The position numbers and the translations under genes were made by a program. This document shows, in pieces, positions 24,501 through 36,500 of a stretch of DNA of 64,000 nucleotides. This stretch comes from Mobula hypostoma. Its lineage: Eukaryota. The notes under the pieces are model-generated. The model did no database searches, was not told where the DNA came from, and saw only the letters and a program-made list of their open reading frames with translations. Numbering within the stretch: the stretch's first letter is position 1; the number at the start of each line of letters is the position of its first letter. The stretch spans positions 102,114,001 through 102,178,000 of the forward strand of contig NC_086107.1 in the NCBI RefSeq assembly GCF_963921235.1, given 5' to 3'.

Positions 24501-27500
24501 TCTGGCACAGATTGGGTGAAAACTGTCCCACTGTTAAATGGGTGTCCCAATGTCCAAAATTGGGGGCCATTCCTGTCCAACCATGTCTGCCTAACCCAAT
24601 GTTTCTCTGAGTCAATACTACGGTCCTCGAATCAAGTTGTTTTGCAAAGTTTTCAGGGTAGCGTAGTGGTTAGCACAATGCTATACAGTACCAGTGAGCC
24701 AGGTCAAATCCTGCCACTACCTGTAAGGAGTTCGTATGTTCTCCCCGTGACCGCATGGGTTTCCTCCAGACAATGTTCCTTTCAACTTATAATAACCAGA
24801 TGTGCGTAAAAATCTTGTGCTGTGCAATTTTTCGCCCAGTGACAACATGTGCACACTGAATAATTTCTTCAATAAAAACAGTATAAATAAGCCAGTTCTA
24901 AAATCTGCAGACAAATCATCACAAACTCCACATTGTCAACCCCATCCGCATCAGACACTGGAAAAGGAAATGCAATTGTGTACGATCGTGAAATGTACTT
25001 GACATGCCGACAAGGCACAGTGCAGTTTAAATTCCTTTGTGTGCTAGTAGCAAAAGATGTGTGCATGCGCACACCTTAAAGGGAACATTGCCTCCGGGTG
25101 CTCTGTTTTCCTCCCACAGTCCAAAGACCTACTGGTTGGTAGGTGAATTGGTCATTGTCAATTATCCCTTGTTAAATAGGCTATTGCTGGGTTGGAAGGT
25201 CCTATTCTGCGTTGTTTCTCAATGAATAAATAAGAAGTAGTTTAATGCTTATTATTTATTTCCAGGCATTTTGCAGCACAATGATTTCAACCAAGGCTCC
25301 AGTTAATGAGTCTTACTTGTATGCAAAGGTAAGCAATAACATTTCAAACCAGATACGTTCTTTGAGTTGTACATGTGTTGACCACTGATGAGTGGGAACA
25401 GCTTATCAAATCACACAGCAAGGGGATCCGTATGCTCGGCATGCTTGGTAGATTTCCCCACTTAATTGTCTTTCTGACATTTTATATAGCTGCACTTTTC
25501 TATTTCTCATATTGCTTTCCAATCACCTTTCGTAAGCTACTATTAAAGTAGCTTCCACCATCCCTAAATTGACATCAGTTTAAAATCATGACGACTAATA
25601 AGATTTCTGTTGACGTCCTGGAGACTGAGTTTCGACTCCCAGCATTTTAAGATTCATCTGAATGTTCCAGTGAATGGAACTTTATCAGAGGTATTGTACA
25701 CATATCCGATCACCCTGGGAGCAGCTTGCTACCAAGTCTCTGATATTCTTCAGTCGATGTAAGCTAGGTCCTGCCCAATTGCAGCCTCATGATCTTTGAG
25801 AAGGGATCAATCAGCAGTCAATTACGTCGCTCTTCTCCCTATTCTGTTGAGATATTTTTAAGTGAAAGGCGTAGATTTATTGCAGGATGGCATAAAAATT
25901 AGGAGGGATGAAGATTTTATAGAGTCATCCCGGAAAGTTTCAGAATCACCAAAGTGTAATAGCATGTGTAAAGTTGAAAATGCAGCATGTAACTTGCTCA
26001 TAACAAGGTCCCACAGAAAGCAACTGAAGATAACCAGATCCTTTGTTTTAATTCAAGGTAAGTTTATTGTCATTCAGCTGTAAGCATGTATACCGCCAAA
26101 CGAACCATCCTGCCTCTGGACCAAGGTACACAACACAATACATGTAACTCATAAATATAACACAAAGTAATATTACTACAAATAAATTAACAAATAACAA
26201 CGTGCATTTACGACACAAGTTAAAAAGTAAACAGTGTAACGTTACTTCCTACATGATGAGACCTGGGTGGTGGCAGGGAACTCTGTAGTCTTACAGCCTG
26301 GGGGAAGATGCTGTTTGCTGTCTCCCATTCTAACAGTTCTTGTCCTAATGCTGCGTTACCTCCTACTAGATAATGGGGGGGGAGGTCAATGCTAAGGGCC
26401 CTGCATACACAGCAGTCCTGATAAATATCTCGATATCTCTGATGGGTGGAAGAGAGCCCCCAATGAACCTCTCAGCAGTCCTTTGTAGGGACTTTCAGTC
26501 CCATACCAGATAGTTTTGAACCTGTACAGGACACTTTCAATGGTGCTCCTGTAAAAATTGGTTAGAGTGGTGGGCAGGGGCTTCACTCACCTCAGTCTCC
26601 TCAGGAAGTGGAGACACTGCTGTGTTTTCTTGACCAAGATGGTGTTGGGGGACCAGGTGAGGTTGTCTGTTACATGCACTCCCAGAAACTTGGTGCGCCT
26701 AACTCTCTCCATGGAGGAGCCATATCTGTGAAGTGAGGAGTGGTCAGCTTGCAACTTCCTAAAGTCCACAATCATCTCTTTGGTCTTGTCCACGTTGAGA
26801 CTCAAGTTGTGCTTGCACCATTCTACCTCCTTTCTGTATGCCATCTCATCATAGTTGACGAGGCCAACCACTTCCGTGTCATCAGCAAACCTGATGATTC
26901 GGTTTGAACTGGATCGAGCAGCGCAGTCAAGCGTCAGCAGCAGACTGAGCACGCCGTTCTGGGGAGCCACCGAGCTCATCGTGATGGAGCGAGAGATGTT
27001 TCTGCCAACGTGGACTGACTGTGGCCTTTTTTGTCAAGGCGTCCAGGATACATTTACACAGAGAGAGATGCTGAGACCCAACGAGGACGGTTTACCCACC
27101 AGCTTCTGAGGGATGATCATACTAACTGTGGCGCTAAAGTCGATAAACAGCATCCTGGTATACAAGGCCAACATTTTGTTAAGTTGGTTGAGAAGTAAGT
27201 TCAAGTCACTGAGAAGAACTATTCTGCTCTTCTTTGAATAGCGCTTTCAGAAGTTTTACATCAGACCAAAAGTTTGATGTCTCGGCTGCAAAGTGGGGAA
27301 GTGTTCCTGAGTTATTGTGTCTCTGAGTTGGGTTTGAATCCTTATTCTTCTGCTTTGCAAATCTGCTACCTGGCTGACATTGGGCATAGATTTTAATGCT
27401 CTGTAAATTATTAGAGAAAAGGGATTTCTTTGACTCGCTACTATCAGACGGGCAGTACCATAGCATTAGGACAAGGACTGTTAGCTTTCTCCCCCAGGCC

Positions 27501-30500
27501 ATGAGACTGACCACCGAACTCCCTACCACCGCCCAGGTGTCATCTCTCATGCCGTACCAGTCGCATTACTTTTTTAACTTGTGCTGAGTGTCAATCTTCT
27601 GGAATATAGTTTATTATTTGTTAATTTATTTGTGGTAATAGTACTTCAGGTGCTGTGTTTGAGTTATATGTACTGCGTTGTGCACCTTGGTCCGGAGGAA
27701 CATTGATTCGCATGGCAGTATACATGTACATGGTTAAATGACAATAAAGATCCACTTGAACTCTTAAAGAGGTGAGGTTTTCGGGTGCGCAGGGGAAACA
27801 GGAAAGGACATAAAAACATGAAAAGCTGGAAAATACTGGGTAATATCCATGATGAAAGAAAAAGTTAATATCATTTCATCTTAACTGAAGGGCGACAGAG
27901 GAAGTCTTTCAGCAATAGTTAGAATGAGACAACATGGAAAGTTTGAGCAGAAATCAATGAAGCAGACAAAGCCAGTAGAGAGGAAACTGTTGTTTAAAAA
28001 GTAATATTTTTTGTGAGACTATGTTAAAACTGCGCCTCAGAAACAGTGAGTTACAATCGTACAGCATGGAAACTACAGCCACTGTATGTGTTAGCAATCA
28101 AGCACCTGCCTAGACTAGAATAGAGACATAACAACACAAAAACAGGTCCTTTCACATGCTATGTCTACTAAACCCATTTTCCATTTTCCAGCACTTAGCT
28201 CTCTGCTGCCTCCGTCATCTCATTAGGTAATGCATTCCAGACTTCAATCTTGCTCTGGGTGGGAAAAAAATGCTTCAGATATCAGAAACTCACACCCCCT
28301 TACCTTAAAGCTTTGCCATCTGGTCATAGGCATCTCAACTAAGGGAAACCATTTCTCACTATCCACCTATGCCCTTCATAATTTTGCATCCTTCAGCCAG
28401 ATCCCCCTCAGCCTCTTGCACTGCGAGGAAAACAAACACAGTCTGTAAAGCTCTTATCCCAGGCAACAGGCTAATGAATCTCCTCTGGACCATCTCCAGT
28501 GCAATCACATACTTGTGTAGCAACCGGAACTGCACACAGTACTCCAGTTGTGGCACAATTGATGCCTTGTGTTGCTGTACTATAACCTCCCTGCAAGTAT
28601 CTCGTCGTCTTAACCACTTAATCTACCTCAGCCACTGCCTATGGCATGTACACCAAGCCCTATTTCTCAGTACTTCCTAGCATCCCACCATTCATTTCGT
28701 ATTTGCAAACCTTGCGAGTCGTCTCAAAATGCAACACCTCAATTTTTTTAGATTAAATTTTATCTACCATTTTCTGTTTATCTTACCAGTCATCAATAGA
28801 GTTTAATAATTGAAGACATTCAACATTACACGTTTTCATGTCATTTGCAGACTTACTAATTATTCCTCCTGCATTCACATAAAAGTTGATGGTGAATATG
28901 ACAAGTAACATATCCCTGAAATGCACCACAGGTCACAGAGAACAACCATTTGACTTCCTTATATTCCTTATACACCTTATGTTCCATCTGGGTAGCCTTC
29001 AATCTGATGGCTTCAACATCAATTTCTCAAACTTCCGGTAATTGCCTCCCCCTTCATCATTCCCCATTCCTGTTTTCCTCTCTCACCTTGTCTCCTTACC
29101 TGCCCTTTACTGCTCCTCCTCCTTCCCTTTCTTCCATGGTCTTCTGTCCTTTCCTCTCAGATTCCCCCTCCTCCAGCCCTCCAGTCTCTCTCACCAATCA
29201 ACTTCCCAGCTCTTTACTTCACCCGCCTCTCCCTCTCCTGGTTTCACCTACCACCTTGTACTTCTACCTCCCCACTCCCCCTACCTTCGTACTCTGACTT
29301 CTCCCCTTCCTTTCTAGTCCCGATGAAGGGTCTCGGCCTGAAACATTGACTGTTTACTCTTTTCCATAGAATGCTGCCGTGGCCTGCTGAGTTCCTCCAG
29401 CATTTTGTGTGTGTTGCCTGAATTTCCAGAATGTGCAGATTTTCTCATGTTTGTTATCTGACTTCCTCCACCCATTTCTCCCCAGCCCTCCCTCCCTGAC
29501 TTCTGGCACTTCCCCCTGCAACCACAGGAGGTGCAACACTAGCTCCTACATTTCCTCCCCACCACCAACCATTCCAACCTCACCTACTGCATATGTCTTC
29601 CTGACATGTCCCCTTACCTTTAGTTCCCTTTGCTGTACCCACCTCCACCTCTACCCTCGTTCTAGTCCCCATCACATTTTTGTTCCCCTCCTTCCCTGGT
29701 TTCATTGACTTACCACCCATACACTTCACACATTGGATTCCATTCCCCCATCAGGTTTCACCTTTCCTTCATCTCTCCTTTAAATGATTCCATTTGCCTT
29801 GCTTATTTATCAGATTCCATCAAGGTGACCTTTGAGTCCCAGGTTCTCACCCTCCCCTCCTTCATCACACCCCCCCCCCACCAATCTAGTCTGTCTGACT
29901 CTGTTTATTTAATTTGTTTGCTTCCAAATATCACCGATCTCCCAACTCCAATATTCTCTCTCTCTCCCTCTCTCTCTCTCCCCCTCTCTCTCTCTCCCTC
30001 TCCCTCTCCCTCTCCCTCTCCCCATCACCCTTTACCTTCTCCTCAGTCTACCCGTCACCTGCCAGCCTCGGTCTCACTCCTGCCCCTACATTCTGATAGG
30101 AAGGAGGTTAAGGCTTTAGAGCGTGCCTGGATGAGAGGCATGTGCGTTAAGGACAGTTGGACAAACCTGGGTTGTTTTCTTTGAAACTGGAGGCTGAGAG
30201 GAGATCTGACAACACAAGGAACTTAGCAAATCAGGCAGCATGCATGGAGAAAAATAAACAACTGACATTTTTAACCAAGCTCCTTCATCAGGACACCTTC
30301 ACCTCTCAGAAGGTGAGCTGATCTGATGGAGGTTCGTAAGGTTTTATGAGAGGCATAGATAGACGGCCAGTATCTTTCTCCCTGAGTTGAAATGTCTAAT
30401 ATCAGAGAGAATGCATTCAAGCTAAGAGGGGTTGAGTTCAAAGGAGTCTTGCTGGGCAAGTTTTTTATGCCCAGAGCCGGACGATGCTGAGGATGTTCTA

Positions 30501-33500
30501 CAAGTCTGTGGTGGCCAGTGCGATCATGTTTACTGTTGTGTGCTGGGGCAGCAGGCTGAGGGTAGCAGACACCAACAGAATCAACAAACTCATTCGTAAG
30601 GCCAGTGATGTTGTGGGAATGGAACTGGACTCTCTGACGGTGGTGTCTGAAAAGAGGATGCTGTCTAAGTTGCATGCCATCTTGGACAATGTCTTCCATC
30701 CACTACATAATTTATTGGTTGGGCACAGGAGTACATTCAGCCAGAGACTCATTCCACCGAGATGCAACATAGAGCGTCATAGAAAGTCATTCCTGCCTGT
30801 GGCCATCAAACTTTACAACTCCTCCCTTGGAGGGTCAGACACCCTGAGCCAATAGGCTGGTCCTGGACTTATTTCCTGGCATAATTTACATATTACTATT
30901 TAACTATTTATGGTTTTATTACTATTTAATTATTTATGGTGCAACTGTAACGAAAACCAATTTCCCCCGGGATCAATAAAGTATGACTATGACTATGACA
31001 ATGGTGGATACCTGGGGTGATGGTGGACACAATATATTAGGGGCATTCAAGAGGCTCTGAGATAGGAAGATGAATATGCTGGAAATGGCAGGTTGTGGAC
31101 ATTATGTAGGCAGAAAGATTAGTTTAGCTAGGCCTTTGATTAATTTTATTTTGCAAAATATTGTGGACTTAAGGGCCTGTTCTTGTGGTGTACTGGTCTA
31201 TGTTCTATATATTTTCCCTCTACTAGCTACCTCCTGCTCCATTCTCGGTCCTGATACAGGGTCTCAGCCCCAAATGTCAGTTCCTCTTCCCTCACGTGTA
31301 CTGTTACTACTTAACCAGCTGAGTTCTTTCAGCAGCTTGTTTGTTTTATTTTTGCTTCTGTCATCATCCCTTTGTCCGCTGTCACCAAACTGTCTGTCAA
31401 CTTGCCCCGGATCCTGTAGGTTCTTTCATTTTGGTCCTTTTTCTGATGGGGGATCTTATCAAAGGTTTTACCAGAGCCAGTGAATATATTCAGAATCGGT
31501 CTTAGAAATGTGAAATGAGTTATTCTGCAGCAGCAGTATAAATAAATTTACTATTAGTGACAAAATAAATAAATTGAACAAAGTAGGAATTAAATAATGA
31601 GGTATGATTTACCAGTTCATAGATTCATGGACCATTCAGAAACTACATGCCATATTGACGTTCATAGTTATCTCTCCAAAAGATTCAATTAAATTAATCC
31701 AATGTGATCTCCCTTTACAGAGCCCTGCTGACTATAGTTGACTAATCACAGTTTCTGCAAGAGCCAGGATATTGGGTGAAGACCCTACAGATAAATTACT
31801 GTCTTAAATAATGGTCCCCTGTTGTGTTGTATGTGCTTTAGTGTATTATTGTTTGGATTTGTGCTATAGGTTTTTAAGAGAATGCATCGATGAGATGTTT
31901 CTCACATTTGTTTAACATAGAAAACATTCGTTTAACATAGAAAACCTACTGCACAATATAGGCCCTTCGGCCCACAATGCTGTGCGGAACATGTACTTAC
32001 TTTAGAAATTACTTCAGGTTACCCATAGCCCTCTATTTTTCTGAGCTCCATGTACCTGTCCAGGAATCTCTTAAAAGATCCTATCGTTTCCGCCTCCACC
32101 ACCGTCGCCGGCAGCTCATTCCATGCACTCACCCCTCTCTGCGTAAAAAACTTACCCCTGACATCTCCTCTGTACCTACTTCCAAGATAATCACATTCTG
32201 TCTGGATGCTATTGTACAGAGTAGCATTCTAAAATATGTTTGGTTTCCATATAAGTGGATTGAAGAATGGTCTTTCATTACCTGTGATCCACAACGTTTA
32301 TACATTGCAGTTTGACTTTGAGTGTCGAGCTCGAGGAGCAGATCTCCTGGCCTACCCTCCAGTTGTAGCAGGTGGAAATCGTTGCAATACCCTGCACTAC
32401 GTGAAAAACAACCAGCTGATTAAGGTAATGATGTAGCCCTTCCTTAGTAAATGATGAGATTAATGTGCGCTATTTACTGATTAATACTTATTCAATAAGA
32501 AATTTCCGATGTTGTCCATCTCGCTCTTAGGCTGACAACTTCCTAGGGAACCTCGTTGCTGTACAACTCTGTCCTTTAAAATGGCATGTATTTTCTCATA
32601 CATACAGTTTGGTCGTTCCTTTAGGTCCAAACCTATTGCTTCTAGCTGCTTAATCCTTTACTCTTTGTTCTTTGAAACCTTTAACTATGTCTTTGATCTG
32701 ATGTCTTACTATCTCATGTGACATAGTATGACATTTTTATTTGATGACGATCCTGCAAAGTTCCTTGGGTCGCATTGGGAAGTTAATAGTATTGTATACA
32801 GGCACTCCACCCCCATCCCCCACATCTTGCGAATGTCTTACTGAAGTACAGCCCAAGCGAGCATTTTAGAGACGTTCTACTGGCTTTTGTAAGGTTGCAG
32901 GAATCTTCTGCCGCATGAGAACTTTATAGCCACGTTTCTGACTTGAAAACTGTATGTTTTATGGGAATGATGCAGGCAGGCTTCCCGTTTCACAGGAATA
33001 TCGTGACTATCTTGGGTGCAAACAAGATTAGGCAAATATAGTTTTCTGTCAAGATGCCTACAATTATTGTCACATCAGCAAGCTGCTGGAGGATGCCCAT
33101 TGACCCCCTACACAGAGGAAAGCTAATTTCAGAAATTGGGAGAAGTGACCTAAATTCATTCTGCAGTTGTACTGAACATGAAAAGCAGACCTGTTTAAAA
33201 TTGAAATGGAAGTGTCCTACTGCATTGTTGGGGCAGGAGGAGGTTACTACTCGTTTTCCCGACACTTACTGTTAACACTCACACCCGTCCAATAGAAATT
33301 CACCCAGAGCAGACCACACTTTCATCAAATCCAATCAAAAAGTTAAAAGAACTGCTAATGGTGGAAAATCAAAATCAAAACTGATTCGGTGACGTAGGGA
33401 CAGAGAAAGAAAGTTAAGAACTGGTGGGCTGAAATGGCTTAGGTCTGGGCATTACCTAGGGTCAGGTTGTTTAGAGATGGTGTCAGTCAGCAGCTCTTCT

Positions 33501-36500
33501 AAGGGCAGTGGAAACATGTAACTTCATCCCCCCAGAAGTGCTTTTGAAATGTCAGCACTGCGGCTGCTAGATTGGTGTTTGACAAGGCTATTCAGAGTGT
33601 TAGGTTCAGAGTGGAGAGCTGATGCAAAAGACATTCTCTTATTCCTATGTTAACACATTTACTCCATTCTTTTTCCAGGAAGGGGAGCTGGTTTTATTGG
33701 ATGGAGGGTGTGAGTATTCTGGCTATGTCAGTGATGTCACTCGGGTCTGGCCAGTCAGTGGAAGGTGAGACACTCAGTTTAAATTCATCCCAGGAGACAT
33801 GTTTCTATGTTTGCCACTGATTTGTTTCCCTTCCTTTCTGAAGTGGTTGTCTTACGCTTAGTGTGTTTCAGTAAACCCCACCCATCCTTAATCTCCAAAT
33901 AACAAAATATGCTGGATTATTGAATGTACTGCATGTTACAGCAGGATGAAGGTCAAGGAAGTCGTTCCACATGGATAACCTAGTGTTCAATATGCATGCT
34001 GTCAGTCACAGACCTCTGTCCACTTAGAAGAGTTGGGAGCTGGTGACTTGGTTGTCAGTGAGAGAATGCTGAGTGACGTCAAGCAAAGTGAGACGATCAG
34101 CAGAAATATAAAATGTTTGCAAAAACGAAGCCCTGCAAATGGTTTACCTCTGAAAAACCTGAATCTGTCCATTTGTGGAACTTAAAAACTTGCAAAAATG
34201 GCAGCCTTCATGGTGGGACGGATCTTCTATTAAAAGCCAGCAAGTCAGCTCAGATCTGCCAACTTTAAAGTTTGGAAGGCATCCTTCCACTTCACAAGTA
34301 TCATAGATACCTGCACTGGTCTGAATGGGGTACCACTGATTTCCTCAAGTTTATCTTTCCTTAGTCCAGAAGGTAGTGCCTTTGATTGGGAATAATTTGC
34401 ATGCCAGGAGAAGGTTTAATACACCTTTTAATTCATTTCATTCCATTAATTTTAGTATATTTAATTGCACTTTGTACGTGCATTGTAAATTTAATAAAAA
34501 ATAATTATAAAATAAATTGATATTGCTGATTTTGTATTTTGAATGTGTGTGGATCTCAGTGTCGCTTTGACAGCTGGTGAGTCTGGGACCGGGGCTTCAC
34601 TGGGTATCAAAGGCATACTGGGAGCAGAGCCAGCTTGGAGAGGCTCTGTACCATGTTGAGTCTTACAATCAATTTAGAACTGGCCTTCCAGAGGAAGCTT
34701 GAAATTTAGGATCACTCTAGAAGATACAGTATGGTCCGAGGGTATGTAATCAGTGAACTTGGGTGACTTGCCAATCAGTCCGACCCACAAGGTGAGTCTG
34801 TGGAGTAGTTGGTGGGAGGCGGGGGGGAGGGGGGAAGCACATTTAAGAACAACCAGAGAAAGGCATGATGGAGAAGGAAGAAGGAAAGGATGCCACAGAA
34901 TTTGAGAAAGTTAATGTGGAGCAAAAACACTGACTCAGGCCACTTAGCCCATGCGATGTGAAGGGTTACTTTACTTCTCGGTCAAAAGCCACTTCTGCAG
35001 CAGCTGTTTCCCACTGGCTGCTCTGTTTCCCACAGCACCAGTGTCCAGTCCTGGGCACCTCAGCAGTATAAGAGTAACACTTGCCAGAGACTGGCTGGCT
35101 TTGCTTTGTCTCCAGGGGCTCACCTTCACACTGAGGTGATAACCATTGCTGCAGTTATAGGAGGGCCCACGCACACACTTAGTTAAGTATCTGTCGAATG
35201 TTTAGTTTTGTAGTTGCGTAACTTGGGGAGACCTAATGAGGTACCTGCTGAGTTTGAAGTGTTACTGAATGTTGAGTATCGTCATTTCTGTAATTTAGGG
35301 TGACTTAGATGTTTGGTTAAATGTTTTAGTTTGTTGGTAAATAAGTGGTTAATATGCTTATTCATAATGAGTGTCTTCTCTCTCATTTAGCAAACCTGTG
35401 AACCTGCTTCCTCATAACAGCCCAAAATCCTGTTTCCGTGCTTTAAAATACCTGCATTTTTATTCCTACCCCTGTGAAAATATATGACACAAATGTTTGA
35501 ATTGAGCTGTGAGGACACCCTAAGTAGCTTGTTGGTCTGTTGCAGATTCACAAAGCCTCAGTCTGAGCTGTACCAGGCCATCCATGATATTCAGAAGTCC
35601 TGTGTCAGTCTCTGCACTCCTGGGATCAGTCTGGATAACATCTATGCCTTCATGTTGAACCTTCTTGGACAGAAGCTGAAAGACCTGGGATTCCTGCAGG
35701 AGAAATGCCAAAACGATGTCTTCAGGGTAAGTTACAAGGCCAGACAAATAATAATCTATAGGTTAAGCCAACTAATTGGGATGAAGTTACAGTTGAATTA
35801 CAAAGCATTTGGAAGGCAAGCAGACTGGCCTAAAAAACAAATAGGAACCCCTGTGAATTTATGTGCAGTGAGATTACCATTTCATAGTTCTCCAAATCTT
35901 TTTCCTCCTCAGCAGACAGCGCAGGTGTTTAATGCATGTGGTGTTTGTATGTGGAAAACAGTGGGGCAGTGTAACCCCATGGATACTGCAGCCTTCTGCC
36001 AAGTCACCATGAAGCCATGGGAAAGCCTGATGATGAGGAATCAGCGGATATTGGTCTGGAGAAGGAACTGCAGGTGAACTCTCCAAGGCAAATTCCAGGA
36101 CATTCCAGCCGATTTTCCCAGGAAGATGGAATGTAGCAGACCTGCTCCACAGCGGCTGTAAAACGTGATATGCTGCCAGTATGCCATAAGATCTCTGATC
36201 CAACTATGAACATTACCTCATTATTCCTTTTATTCCCATTATTTATTTATTTTTGTAACTTATGTTTTTGTCTATGCATCGTACTAAACAACGAAGTTCA
36301 CGCCCCCTAAGTCAATGATGATAAATGTGATTCTGAAGTACACAGCAGATCAGTCAGCAGCAAGAAAGGCAAAACAAATTGATCTTTGTTTCAGATGAGA
36401 CTCTAAAATTTATAGTCAAATTCCTATGGAGTGCTTTCTATTTTTAAATCTTTAACATTCATGTATTTTCGTGTGTGAGTACTCTGGAGAACTTAGTGCA

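Noticed and set aside
34074-34081. Isolated CRE palindrome in intron 7 as an enhancer
   Set aside because: A single 8-mer with no supporting cluster; about one is expected by chance in 64 kb
35727-36077. Read-through of exon 8 as an alternative C-terminus (197-aa ORF)
   Set aside because: There is a strong gtaagt donor at 35727 and the downstream peptide is unrecognisable
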